Below, one piece after another: positions 30,776 to 41,058 of a stretch of DNA of 64,000 nt. Source of the stretch: Alphaproteobacteria bacterium (GTDB taxonomy: Bacteria > Pseudomonadota > Alphaproteobacteria > UBA11073); the NCBI GenBank assembly GCA_965246755.1, contig OZ251979.1, positions 1,665,129-1,729,128 on the forward strand, written 5' to 3'. The notes under the pieces are model-generated. The model saw nothing but the letters and a program-made list of their open reading frames with translations, had not been told where the DNA came from and did not search any database. The translations under genes and the position numbers were made by a program. The stretch's first letter is position 1. Each line of letters begins with the position of its first letter.

Positions 30776-31941
30776 TGCAAAATGAATTGCAGCTGGATGA
30801 TAATTACCAATTGCAGTTTGTAAATGGCGCCACTGCAGCAGATTTTGCCATGGTTAAACAGTCGCAACGTATATTGGTTTTAAAACTGGATGCTTTAGGC
30901 GATTTTATTTTAGTCACGCCATTTTTGCACAGCTTACGGGCATGTTATTCTACCGCGGAAATTACGCTCGCCGTTGCCACGCCAACCTATGCATTGGCGC
31001 AGCATTGTCCATGCGTGAATAATGTGGTGGCTATGCCGCCGCCGGTATTAAATGACGCAGGCGCGGCCTTTATGTTCGGCATGCAATTGGCGGCAGAATA
31101 TGGGCCGTTTGATTTGGCCATCGTGCCGCGTTGGGAACAGGATTATTATAATGCGGGGCGCATTGCGGCGGCCACGGATGCCACGGTGCGTTTAGGCTTT
31201 GCCAACGCCGGCGCGCCAGGCAAGGCTGGTTACGATCCGGAAGCTGACCATAATTATACGGCAATTGTCGTTGATCATGCGCACCGTCACACCGTGTCAC
31301 GCAATGCGATTTTATTGCATGCCTTGGGTTTTACCACGCCGCAAACCGCGCAGCTGGCGCTATGGCCCAGTGCTGATGATCGCGCGCAGGTAAATGCGTT
31401 TATGCAAACGCATGGTCTGGTTACCAAACGTTTTTTTGCGTTGGGCATCGGTGCCTCTGCCCCCTACAAATGCTGGCCGGCGGAAAATTATGCCGCGCTG
31501 GCAGAGGTACTTTATGAAAAATATAATTTAATATCGGTGCTTATCGGCGGCGGCACGGATGATATGGAACGCGCGGCAATCATCATGGCACAGGCGCCGC
31601 ACTTTATCAGCGCGGTGAATGCCCTTAGCCTGGTGCAAACAGCTATGTTACTGGAACAGACCGCTTGCTTCATCGGCAATGACAGTTTCCCAATGCATGC
31701 CGCCGCGGTTGCCAAATGCCCGATTGTGGAGATTTGCGGTCATCCCGCCGATGCCGACCCCACGGCCGAATATCACTATTCGCGTTTTGGGCCGTGGGGA
31801 ACACCATTTAGCTATATCGCGCCCCAGACCTGCGCGGGTATGCCAGCCAAAGGCGACCTGTTTCATGACAGCAAATGTATCGAAACCATTGAAACTGCAA
31901 CAGTTTTGCAAGCAATTATGGAGATAATGACGCATGAGTAA
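30769..31941 (+). CDS. Glycosyltransferase family 9 (heptosyltransferase-like)
   Basis: 'ILVLKLDALGDFIL.TP', 'K.WP..NY', 'FIGNDSFPMHAAA'. Confidence 0.88.
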   Translation: MLMQNELQLDDNYQLQFVNGATAADFAMVKQSQRILVLKLDALGDFILVTPFLHSLRACYSTAEITLAVATPTYALAQHCPCVNNVVAMPPPVLNDAGAAFMFGMQLAAEYGPFDLAIVPRWEQDYYNAGRIAAATDATVRLGFANAGAPGKAGYDPEADHNYTAIVVDHAHRHTVSRNAILLHALGFTTPQTAQLALWPSADDRAQVNAFMQTHGLVTKRFFALGIGASAPYKCWPAENYAALAEVLYEKYNLISVLIGGGTDDMERAAIIMAQAPHFISAVNALSLVQTAMLLEQTACFIGNDSFPMHAAAVAKCPIVEICGHPADADPTAEYHYSRFGPWGTPFSYIAPQTCAGMPAKGDLFHDSKCIETIETATVLQAIMEIMTHE

Positions 31942-32362
31942 CAGCCCCGCCAAACCCCGCGACTTTTACAAATACTGGCAGCCGGAACATGTCCGCTATG
32001 CGGACCTCGAAGTGCAGCGGCATGTCAATAACTTCATCATTGGCGCCTATTTTCAATCGGCGCGCATTGGTTTGCTATCAAAACTTGGCATCATGTGGGG
32101 CGCGCCGGACAAGGCGATTGTCGTCGTGCGTACCTGTTACGATTTTTATTATGAGATTACCTGGCCCAATAAACTCGAAGTCGGCCTGTCGGTCACCAAA
32201 ATTGGCAACACCTCATTTAGTATGGAAGCCGGGATTTTCGTCGGCGACCAGTGTTACACGACCCAGGAATGTGTGGCCATTTACTGGGACCCAATTAACA
32301 AGCAAAAACGCCAGCTGGACGCTGACGTTAAAGCAAGTCTGGAACAGTATTTGAGCGTTTAG
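31934..32362 (+). CDS. 4HBT-like acyl-CoA thioesterase
   Basis: 'VRYADLEVQRHVNN', 'KIGNTSF'. Confidence 0.8.
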   Translation: MSNSPAKPRDFYKYWQPEHVRYADLEVQRHVNNFIIGAYFQSARIGLLSKLGIMWGAPDKAIVVVRTCYDFYYEITWPNKLEVGLSVTKIGNTSFSMEAGIFVGDQCYTTQECVAIYWDPINKQKRQLDADVKASLEQYLSV

Positions 32363-32460
32363 ATCGCGCAAGTATTAAATTTCTTGACATTAAAATAGTT
32401 TAGCATCTAACCTTATTTTGAGACGAATTAGATGTCGTTTTTTGATTAAGGAGAGATAGT

Positions 32461-33150
32461 ATGAAAAAGTTTTATACAATTGAAGCACAAGTTCCGGTTA
32501 GGGGTAATGAAGAAATCTTAAGCCCTAAGCTAAAACGCCATGCATCTGCAGATAGGCCAACTCCTGAATATGTAAAAGTTACACTTGGCCAGATTATGCC
32601 AAACGGGGTAACAGATGTAACTTATAGACCTATGATTACTTTAAGAAGTTCTTTTGAAAGCAGTTCAGCCTCTTGGAGAGAGTCTCGGCAAAGTCTATAT
32701 GACAATGGTTACACAGAAGAAAACGGACACATTCAACAAGTGTGTGAAAGAGACAAAATGTCTGATCTTGTTGCTGCCGTAAAAGTCGGCGATCTGTCAT
32801 CTTTGCAAATTCCTTTTACTGATGTAAGAGACATTGAGCTGATTTATGTTCAAAGAGATAAAGTTAGTAATTATGAGCGACCGCTGCCTAATCAAGCACA
32901 GACAATTATTGAATTACATGAATTGGTTGGCAGAGAATTTGGCGCACTAAAATCAAAAGACATAAGCGCAAAAATACATTCGGTTGCCGACGGTGTTGAT
33001 GCAATTTTTCCTCAAATTGAATTGTCAATTCCAGTGACAAAAGCACCTATAGTTGGTAAAACAGCACGCTTTTTACCGGACGCCGTTCCACCATTAAAAG
33101 TGACCCAAGTAAATTCAGGCATACTAAGAGCCAGTGGCCCAAAACCATAA
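32461..33150 (+). CDS. AT-rich orphan hypothetical protein
   Basis: 229-aa ORF with AAGGAG RBS and TTGACA upstream; no family recognised. Confidence 0.7.
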   Translation: MKKFYTIEAQVPVRGNEEILSPKLKRHASADRPTPEYVKVTLGQIMPNGVTDVTYRPMITLRSSFESSSASWRESRQSLYDNGYTEENGHIQQVCERDKMSDLVAAVKVGDLSSLQIPFTDVRDIELIYVQRDKVSNYERPLPNQAQTIIELHELVGREFGALKSKDISAKIHSVADGVDAIFPQIELSIPVTKAPIVGKTARFLPDAVPPLKVTQVNSGILRASGPKP

Positions 33151-33179
33151 TATATTAACGAGCTTCATTCGTTATACCA

Positions 33180-33213
33180 GGAAGAATTAGCCTCCCCTTG
33201 CGGGGAGGCTGTA
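33180..33213. repeat. REP-like hairpin (same family as 2082 and 7949)
   Basis: GGAAGAATTAGCCTCCCCTTGCGGGGAGGCTGTA. Confidence 0.75.
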
Positions 33214-33246
33214 TAGCGTTGGTAATTTGATTCAGTGCAAACCTAA

Positions 33247-33567
33247 CTACTTCGCCACCGCTTCGTTGATCCATGCCTCAAGCGCTGACTTCGCCATCGC
33301 GCCCATTTTGGTGGCGACCGGTTTGCCATCTTTGAACACGATCAAGGTTGGGATGCTGCGCACATTGTTCTGGCTGGGCACCATCGGGTTTTCATCAATA
33401 TTCATTTTAACGATTTTGACCGCTTTATTTTCATTGGCGACCGCCTCCAAATGCGGGGCCAGCGACTTGCACGGGCCGCACCAGTCGGCATAAAAATCGA
33501 CCAGGACCGGGCCGGTTGCCTGTAAAACCTCGGCGTCAAAATTAGTATCGGTTACTTGCTGTACCAT
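33247..33567 (-). CDS. trxA: Thioredoxin
   Basis: 'WCGPCK', 'SIPTL'; canonical position after addA. Confidence 0.96.
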   Translation of the reverse strand: MVQQVTDTNFDAEVLQATGPVLVDFYADWCGPCKSLAPHLEAVANENKAVKIVKMNIDENPMVPSQNNVRSIPTLIVFKDGKPVATKMGAMAKSALEAWINEAVAK

Positions 33568-33588
33568 TTGGCATCTCCTTGATTATCA

Positions 33589-33620
33589 TATATGTGGGGC
33601 GGTTTATGCGCGCCGTCAAG
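33589..33620 (-). promoter_or_regulatory. Possible RpoH-type promoter of trxA
   Basis: Minus strand CTTGAC-GGCGCGCATAAACCGC-CCCACATAT upstream of the AAGGAG RBS. Confidence 0.5.
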
Positions 33621-36600
33621 CGCTCGCCGCGCGCAAATCCGCCGCCAGCGCGATTTCATCAAGGCGCGGCAGCGCGGTCCATAAAATCGCCATCCGCAGC
33701 CGATGCGCGGGATATTGCCGCGTGAGTAAGCGGCCATAGGCCATCAGCTGCGCGCGGTAGGCCGCAGGCACATTATCCGGCGGCTGGGCATTGGTTTTAT
33801 AATCAACAATTAAAATTTCTTGCGGCGTGATCAGCAGCCGGTCAATCCGTCCGGTGACAATTGCGCCATTGACACGGCCAATGATCGGCACCTCGGCGCG
33901 CGCCTGCAGCGTAAACAGCGGCGCGAAACCATCGTAATGCAGCAGCGTATCAACCTCGCGCCAGATTTGTTCATGCACCGCTGGTAATGCCTGCGGCGCA
34001 GCATGCGCCAGGTAACGCAAGGCGGCGGCCTGGCGTTCATTGCCTGGCAGGTCTGGCAGACTTTGCAACAGGCGGTGGATGATAATGCCGCGCTGGATGC
34101 CCTGCTCCTGCGGCACGCTGACAATCGTATTGGTAAGATCAACCGTGGATTCAGTCACACTGCGTGAGATGATTGCCTGTTCCAATGGTGCCGCGGTATA
34201 AAGCCAGTCCGGCATTTCCAGTTTTGGCATAACCGTTGTAACCGGTGCTGATGCTTTTTCAATATCACGCGGTTCAATCGCATAGATCAGCCGGCCGTCA
34301 GCCTGCGCGGTATGCTCAAAACTTTCCAGCGCGGTTTTGACGGAATGATACCAGCTTTGTTCCGAAACTTTATCATCTTTATTATAACCGCCGATATATA
34401 ATTCATCGCGCGCGCGGGTCAGCGCCACATACAGCAGCCGCTGATATTCAGCATACAGCGCACAGATACGTTTTTGCTGGTGCCGCTGGAACAATTCTGG
34501 TTCATCATCACGCCGCGCCGCCCACAGTGGCACCGGCAGGTCTTCATCGGGGAGCAGCCAGCGCGGCAGCGCCTCATTATTGGCATCAGGCAGCCCGACG
34601 GTGTCAGCCATGATCACAACCGGCGCCTCTAATCCCTTGGCGCCATGTATTGTTAAAATGCGTACCTCTGCTGCATGTTCCCCAGCCTCACGTTTGACGA
34701 CCGGCGCGTTACGCAATAACCAATCGATAAATTCCTGGGTAGTGCCGGTTAGCCGCCGCCCGAAATCCGCCGCCTGATTGAGCAGTTCGGTGAGCGGGTC
34801 CACCGCATCATGCCCCAGCCGCGCGACCATCGCCTGCAGGCCGGAGACCGCGTTGGCAGGACATGGCTGGTTCAACACATCCGCCAGCAAATCATAGGGC
34901 GCAACATAATCAACGCGCGCCAGCAAATCGCTGAGCCAGCTTTTAATATTCGACGGCGGCAGCGCATGCCACAGCGTGCCTTGCCGTGTATGCGCGATGT
35001 CAAACAGTTGGGCGTCATCCCAATTGACCAAAGGCGATTTCAGAATATTGGCGAGCGCCAAATCATCCTCCGGCAACAACAAAAATTCCAGCAGCCGCAG
35101 CATATCCTCAACCGCGATATGCGCGGTGAGTTTCAACCGGTCGAGACCGGCGACCGGGATGTCACGTGCCTTCAATTCCTTGACCAGCGGCGTGATAAAG
35201 GCCGGGTCGCGGCGGCGCACCAAAATCATGATATCGCCCGCCGTGACCGGGCGATTTAAAGCCGTCAGCCGTCGCTGCGTTTTTAGCCAATGCGCAATCG
35301 TCACCGCCAGTTTCTTGGCGAAGCGTGCTGCGGGGTCGTCCGCGCTTTGCACGCTTTCGGGTATCGTCTCCGGCATGTCCGGCGTAGCGGCCTGTTTCAC
35401 AACCAGCGGCCATAGCGTAACACTGCCGCCTGCCCCGCTGCGCCGCGCGCGATGTTTCAAATTAGCCAGTGCATCCGCCTGAATACTGCCGCGCAATTCA
35501 GCATTGTCAAACACACGGTCCACCACGTCCAAAATTGCCGGCGCGGAGCGGAATGAGGTATAGAGCGGCACACGTTCCAGATGCGTTGCCGCCTGCGACG
35601 CGCGCAGATCAAAATACTGCCGCATGCGGTCGAACCCCGCCGCATCTGCACCCTGAAAGGCAAAGATGGATTGCTTTTCATCACCCACCACAAACAGCGT
35701 GCGGGTTTTATCCTGCGCGCTTTGCCCGACAAAAAATTCTTGGGACAGGTATTTGACAATATCCCATTGCGCGGCGCTGGTATCCTGCGCCTCATCCACC
35801 AGAATGTGGTCGATGCCTTCATCCAGTTTATACATCACCCATTGCGCGCGCTGTTCATCGGACAGCAGGTCGCGCGTGTAATCAATCATATCATCGAAAT
35901 CGAGCGCGTTGCGCCGCTGTTTCAGCGCGGCATAATTTTGCATGACCTGCGCCAAAAGCTCCAACCAGGCAGAGGTGGCAAAAGCACAGCGGATATTTTT
36001 AACGCTATTCAAAGCCTGTTGCAGGCGCACGGCCTCGTTATAAAACCAGTCTTCGGCCGCCGCATTATGTTTCAAGGCACCTTTGCTAAGCGGTTTTTTG
36101 CGCAGGTCATAGCTGCTGGTTAAAAACACCCGCACATACTGGTCATGCTGCGCATAGCGGGCGGTGGGCGGCAGTGCCAAAAATTCTTCCAGCGTGACAG
36201 CGGCATTTTGATTGGTAGGCGCACCGTGACTCAATGCCGCAACAATTTCTGGCACATGAGCGGCGGCCAGTTGTATATCGCTTAGTTGCCGTTGCCAAAA
36301 TGCATCAAGGTTATCGTCCTGAACTTGCAGCGTATCATAAATCTGCTGCCGATAATTTGTAAAACCACCTGCCGCCTGCATAGCGTCATCCAACTTCGCC
36401 CAATCGCGGCGCATGGTGCCAAGGCGGGTGATAATTATATCTTCACTGAATGATGTTAAAAAATAATGCCGTGCAGCTGATGATACTATCTTTGGCTGAT
36501 ACAGCGCAGCGGCCAGCGCCTGTTGCAACAATAGTGCCGCCTCGCGTTCATCAAGCGCGATAAAATTGGGAGCAATCCCCGCTTCAATCGGAAAGCGCGC

Positions 36601-37020
36601 CAGCGTTGATTGGCAAAAACTGTGGATGGTCTGAATGCGCAGCCCGCCCGGTGCATCGCTGACATGCGCAAATAACTCACGTGCGCGGCGCTGCAACTTT
36701 GGTGACGGATGGCTGCCGGTTAAATCGGTCAGCGCCAGAATTAATGTGTCATTAGACGTTGTTACCCAGTGGCTTAGTTCGCTTTGCACGCGCGCGCCCA
36801 TTTCGGCGGCGGCGGCCTTGGTGAAAGTGAGGCACAAAATTTTGTGTGGTGCAGCGGGCGCGGCCTCCTCATCGCCCAACAATAATCGCAACACGCGGTC
36901 CACCAAGACGCGTGTTTTGCCTGACCCTGCCGAGGCCCCGACCCAGACATGTGCCGCTGGCACCGTGGCCTTGCGCTGTTGGAGAATGGCATCATACAGC
37001 GCCTGGTTGGTTTCGGTCAT
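33616..37020 (-). CDS. addA: Double-strand break repair helicase/nuclease AddA
   Basis: 'ASAGSGKT', 'LTFTKAAAAEM', 'VDEAQDTS', 'TIHGAKGLE', C-terminal 'GRIDRL...DYKT'. Confidence 0.96.
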   Translation of the reverse strand: MTETNQALYDAILQQRKATVPAAHVWVGASAGSGKTRVLVDRVLRLLLGDEEAAPAAPHKILCLTFTKAAAAEMGARVQSELSHWVTTSNDTLILALTDLTGSHPSPKLQRRARELFAHVSDAPGGLRIQTIHSFCQSTLARFPIEAGIAPNFIALDEREAALLLQQALAAALYQPKIVSSAARHYFLTSFSEDIIITRLGTMRRDWAKLDDAMQAAGGFTNYRQQIYDTLQVQDDNLDAFWQRQLSDIQLAAAHVPEIVAALSHGAPTNQNAAVTLEEFLALPPTARYAQHDQYVRVFLTSSYDLRKKPLSKGALKHNAAAEDWFYNEAVRLQQALNSVKNIRCAFATSAWLELLAQVMQNYAALKQRRNALDFDDMIDYTRDLLSDEQRAQWVMYKLDEGIDHILVDEAQDTSAAQWDIVKYLSQEFFVGQSAQDKTRTLFVVGDEKQSIFAFQGADAAGFDRMRQYFDLRASQAATHLERVPLYTSFRSAPAILDVVDRVFDNAELRGSIQADALANLKHRARRSGAGGSVTLWPLVVKQAATPDMPETIPESVQSADDPAARFAKKLAVTIAHWLKTQRRLTALNRPVTAGDIMILVRRRDPAFITPLVKELKARDIPVAGLDRLKLTAHIAVEDMLRLLEFLLLPEDDLALANILKSPLVNWDDAQLFDIAHTRQGTLWHALPPSNIKSWLSDLLARVDYVAPYDLLADVLNQPCPANAVSGLQAMVARLGHDAVDPLTELLNQAADFGRRLTGTTQEFIDWLLRNAPVVKREAGEHAAEVRILTIHGAKGLEAPVVIMADTVGLPDANNEALPRWLLPDEDLPVPLWAARRDDEPELFQRHQQKRICALYAEYQRLLYVALTRARDELYIGGYNKDDKVSEQSWYHSVKTALESFEHTAQADGRLIYAIEPRDIEKASAPVTTVMPKLEMPDWLYTAAPLEQAIISRSVTESTVDLTNTIVSVPQEQGIQRGIIIHRLLQSLPDLPGNERQAAALRYLAHAAPQALPAVHEQIWREVDTLLHYDGFAPLFTLQARAEVPIIGRVNGAIVTGRIDRLLITPQEILIVDYKTNAQPPDNVPAAYRAQLMAYGRLLTRQYPAHRLRMAILWTALPRLDEIALAADLRAASA

Positions 37021-39863
37021 TGGCCGCCCCATTCCTTGGCGCGGGATAATTGTTCATAATCATTATAGGCCAGCGCATAATCGGGACGCGGCGCAACGAG
37101 AAACGGCGTATTATCACGCAAGTGATAATTTAACAGCGCAGTAATCACCGTTTGCGTGGTGGCGATAAAAGCATCAGTCTTGCTAGAGTCATAACTGTTG
37201 ACGGCATCATCACGCTGACCCAACTGCCATACCTCACAGCCGATATAACCGGCGGCGGCAATACCCGCGAAACCACCCTGCTGCGCGATGACAGCTTCCA
37301 GCGGCAGTTGCGGCGCATAACCGCTGAGCATATTACGTTCGGAGGGTGCGGCACCGGTTTTATAATCGATAATAGTCAGGTTGCCGAATTGGTCGCGGTC
37401 GATACGATCCGCGATGGCCTTAATCGTCACCGCGCCATTAAGTGTTGGCCAACTTATTTCACCGTTGATTTCATTACCCATACTGCGGCGGCCACTGTCA
37501 AAAATATCCTGTTGTTGCGCGACAAAAAATTCCGCATGCCGTTCGACGCGCGGCCACAGATATTGGCCGAAGGGTGACGCCAGTAATTCCTTGCCAATCA
37601 CCTGTTGCGCCAGTTTTAAAAATTCTGCTGTGGCATTGGGCGGCAATTCATTTGAATAACGCTGCGTAAAATCTGCCAAAATTTTATGCAGCAACGTGCC
37701 GCGTTCCGCGCCGCCGGGATCGGGGTTCAGCGGCTCCAATATTTTTAACCGCAGAATATATTGCGCGTAGATGCTGTACGGGTCGCGCCGCAGCCGTTCG
37801 ATGGCGGTGACTGACAAACTGCGCGGCCGCGCGGACAATGGCGGCACCGGCGCGGGCCGCGTGGCAGGTTTTACAATCGGTGCATGCGTCAACTGCTGCA
37901 GCCAGCCGTGGCACCGCGTATCAGCTAGATCATATAGGCTGCGACCCTGGGCCTTCAGCACCGCATTTAAACGCGTCAGCCAACGCGAGGCGAGTTGTGG
38001 ACTGCCGCCGCTGCGCAGCGCGCGCGTTATGGTAGCCTGCGGCAGCGCGGCCAGTTGCGTGACATCATGTGCATTCAAACCCACGTTAAATTCATAAGAT
38101 GGCAGGCCGATGGCCGCTTGCATTGGGCGCGACAGCCACGGGTCAACCCGTTCCGCGGGCGGCCAGTTACTATCGTTAAAGCCACCAATGATAACGTGGT
38201 CGACATGCTGTAATTGCGCTTCCAGCACGCCCCAGATAAAGACGCGCGGATGCAGGTTATAAACGGGACGCACGCGCACACCCTGCAGCCAATAGGCGAT
38301 CATCTCTGCATAATCACGCGGTAATAATGGCGGCAAATGCGCATCAAGGGTCAGCAGCTGATCAAATAAACTGCAGGCAGCGCGGCCGTCATCCCGCGCC
38401 CAGATGGAAAAATCAAGGTCATCAGCGCGTGCGGCCGCCGCCTCCGCCACCGCGACATGCGCCTTGAGGTAAGTTGATAAGGGCTGTGGCGTTTGGCTGT
38501 GCATGACAGCGTGCCATGCGGCAGTTACATTACGAAACCGTTCCAGGATATCGCCCACCGGGATATGTTCTGCCAGAGATTTGCGGCGTAATTCATCGAG
38601 TTCGAATTGCCGCACCGCCTGGCGCGTGTCAGCGCGCGTTTGTCCCAATGCCGTCAGCGGATGTTTCAACAGCGCCAGCAGCATGACCCAATCATCCGGC
38701 TGCCCTGCCACCTGGGTCAGCAATTGCAGATAAACGCCCAGTGACAGATTAGACAAAAACGTACCTGCGGAGTCATCGACGGTAATCTGCCAACGGCGCA
38801 GCGCCGCGCGCACCCGCATGGCAAGGTTGCGGTCGGGCGTAACCAGCGCCACGGTTTTATCCGGCTGTTCCAATGTTGCACGAATGGTGAGTGCGATCAG
38901 TTGCGCTTCCTCCTCGCTATGCGCGCATTCGATGTAAGTAAGATTGTTGGTGGCATCATTAGGAAGCAGTGCATCACGCCATTGCGTGGTTTCCGCAGCG
39001 GGCAGCATAACCGTGCGCCACAGTTGCACGCATGGTGGCGTGGCGGTTTTATCTAAAATGGTTACACTGTCGCGCGTTATTTGCATACGCGCCAATAATC
39101 GTTGCATCGCATATTGCGGATGGGTCGGCGGCAATATATCCCAGACGTCATCCTCTAAAGATGTATCCAAGCCCGGCAAAATGACGCGGCCGTTCGGCAG
39201 CTGCGCAATTACCGCCAATAGTTCAGCAGTGGCGGGAAAGGCACCCACCGAACCCGCGGCGATGACAGGCTGTGTTGGCGGGGCGGCCTGCCACAGCGCG
39301 GCAGTGGCGCGCAGCACGCGGTTACGATAATCAGCGGCATCGATCATGCCGCGCGCGGCCAATTCTTGGGGCCAATAATGTGTAATAATTTTCAAAAATG
39401 TCAGCGTCTGGTCCCAATGCGCGGCATAGTTTTCGGGCACCAAGGTATGCAGCTGATTGAGATCAACACCATAGGTCTGCGCCTGATCCAATAAGCGCGC
39501 CAGCACCTCCGCCAGTTCCAGGCTTTGCGCCGGGGTTAACCCAGGGTTGGCGCGTGCGACCAGTTGCGACAGTAACGCCGCGCGCTCATACGGATTGATT
39601 GCAGGCGGAATGGCAAAGGTCGGGTCGCGCAGTACCAATTCATCATCATCAACATCACCCAAAGGCGTGATGCGCGGCAATAATAATACATCATCGGGAC
39701 GCAGTGCTAAAAACGCCTCTCGCAAGGCGCGTTCGGCGCGCCGCGTTGGCACAAGAACCGTGTAATCAGCAAGCCGTGTCAGGTCGCCCGCGCATTCATC
39801 CAACACCAGCTGCGCCAACGTCGGCAAAAACGGCAGCTGCGATGAAATGCTGGCAACACTCAT
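37017..39863 (-). CDS. addB: Double-strand break repair protein AddB
   Basis: 'VPTRRA', 'LSVTAIERLRRDPY.IYA', 'ADRID...IIDYKTG'. Confidence 0.95.
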   Translation of the reverse strand: MSVASISSQLPFLPTLAQLVLDECAGDLTRLADYTVLVPTRRAERALREAFLALRPDDVLLLPRITPLGDVDDDELVLRDPTFAIPPAINPYERAALLSQLVARANPGLTPAQSLELAEVLARLLDQAQTYGVDLNQLHTLVPENYAAHWDQTLTFLKIITHYWPQELAARGMIDAADYRNRVLRATAALWQAAPPTQPVIAAGSVGAFPATAELLAVIAQLPNGRVILPGLDTSLEDDVWDILPPTHPQYAMQRLLARMQITRDSVTILDKTATPPCVQLWRTVMLPAAETTQWRDALLPNDATNNLTYIECAHSEEEAQLIALTIRATLEQPDKTVALVTPDRNLAMRVRAALRRWQITVDDSAGTFLSNLSLGVYLQLLTQVAGQPDDWVMLLALLKHPLTALGQTRADTRQAVRQFELDELRRKSLAEHIPVGDILERFRNVTAAWHAVMHSQTPQPLSTYLKAHVAVAEAAAARADDLDFSIWARDDGRAACSLFDQLLTLDAHLPPLLPRDYAEMIAYWLQGVRVRPVYNLHPRVFIWGVLEAQLQHVDHVIIGGFNDSNWPPAERVDPWLSRPMQAAIGLPSYEFNVGLNAHDVTQLAALPQATITRALRSGGSPQLASRWLTRLNAVLKAQGRSLYDLADTRCHGWLQQLTHAPIVKPATRPAPVPPLSARPRSLSVTAIERLRRDPYSIYAQYILRLKILEPLNPDPGGAERGTLLHKILADFTQRYSNELPPNATAEFLKLAQQVIGKELLASPFGQYLWPRVERHAEFFVAQQQDIFDSGRRSMGNEINGEISWPTLNGAVTIKAIADRIDRDQFGNLTIIDYKTGAAPSERNMLSGYAPQLPLEAVIAQQGGFAGIAAAGYIGCEVWQLGQRDDAVNSYDSSKTDAFIATTQTVITALLNYHLRDNTPFLVAPRPDYALAYNDYEQLSRAKEWGGQ

Positions 39864-40567
39864 GCGGTAAAATGCCGTTCGATGGTAGTTAAATCCGCAG
39901 GCGTCGACGCATGATACCAGGCACCGTCATGCACGAGGCCATACAGCCGCCCGGTAATTTCGACACGATCCCACACCCATTTTTGGGAAAAGGCGCCGTC
40001 CGGTGCATTGTCAAACAATTGCGGTTTTAACAAGGCAATACTGGCAAACATATAGGGTGCGGTTGGTGCATCGCCGCGCCAGCGCAACTGTCCATTTGCT
40101 TCCATGAAATAATCGCCTTGGGTTTTATGACCGATTGTTCGTTCTGTGGCATGTAACAGCAACAGCACATCCATGTGATCGGGATTCCAAAACTCGGTTA
40201 AGCGTTGCAAGGCCGGTGTCGCGCCATCCTGCCACAGCGTATCAGCATTGACGGTAAAAAATGGCGCGTCACCCAGCAACGGCCGCGCGCGTTTGATACC
40301 GCCGCCGGTTTCCAGCACGGCATCCGTTTCATCGGATAATAAAATCTGCGGCGCGGCGGTGTGCGCCAAACAATGTGTTTTGATCTGGTCGCCCAGGTGA
40401 TGAAAATTAACCACCGCGCGTTCGACACTAGCGTCCGCGAGTTTATCCAGCGCGCGGTCCAGCATGCTGCGCCCCGCAACTGCAAGCAATGGTTTCGGGG
40501 TTTGCAAGGTTAGCGGGCGCATGCGCATACCCTGCCCAGCCGCCAACACCAGCGCGGTTTTTATCAT
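39860..40567 (-). CDS. murU: Nucleotidyltransferase (MurU-like)
   Basis: 'LAAGQGMRMRPLT...PKPL', 'LETGGG', 'NAD'; conserved position upstream of addB. Confidence 0.8.
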   Translation of the reverse strand: MIKTALVLAAGQGMRMRPLTLQTPKPLLAVAGRSMLDRALDKLADASVERAVVNFHHLGDQIKTHCLAHTAAPQILLSDETDAVLETGGGIKRARPLLGDAPFFTVNADTLWQDGATPALQRLTEFWNPDHMDVLLLLHATERTIGHKTQGDYFMEANGQLRWRGDAPTAPYMFASIALLKPQLFDNAPDGAFSQKWVWDRVEITGRLYGLVHDGAWYHASTPADLTTIERHFTA

Positions 40568-41004
40568 GGCAGGGGTTCCGTGATGATGAGGTGACGTTCA
40601 TCTGGCGCGGCGCCATAATCAAACTGTAAATCCCAACGCCGGCGCGGCAATAACTGCTGTAACCGTTCCGGCCATTCGATCAAAATAATGTTTTGCAAGG
40701 ATTCATCCCAGCCCAGTTCATAAATATCATCCGGCTGCGCCAACCGATACAAATCATAATGCCAGATCGCGCCGCGTGGCGTGTCATAATTTTGCACGAG
40801 CGTAAACGTCGGGCTGGGCACCGCCAAATTTTTATCTCCTGCACAGGTGCGGATTAAGGCACGCGCAAAGGCGGTTTTGCCAGCCCCCAAATCGCCATAC
40901 AGCGCAATGATCATGCCGGGTGTAAGCCGCGCGGCGAATTTCGCGGCGAAGGCAACGGTCGCAGCTTCATTAGCGAAAATAATGGTGGAATTCGTTTGCG
41001 TCAT
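40564..41004 (-). CDS. tsaE: tRNA threonylcarbamoyladenosine biosynthesis ATPase
   Basis: 'GDLGAGKT', 'SPTFTLVQ.Y', 'HYDLYRL', 'IEWP'. Confidence 0.96.
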   Translation of the reverse strand: MTQTNSTIIFANEAATVAFAAKFAARLTPGMIIALYGDLGAGKTAFARALIRTCAGDKNLAVPSPTFTLVQNYDTPRGAIWHYDLYRLAQPDDIYELGWDESLQNIILIEWPERLQQLLPRRRWDLQFDYGAAPDERHLIITEPLP

Positions 41005-41058
41005 GGCAGGTGATACGCTTATAAATAGGGCTTATTGCCGCCCTCGACCAGCCTAAAC

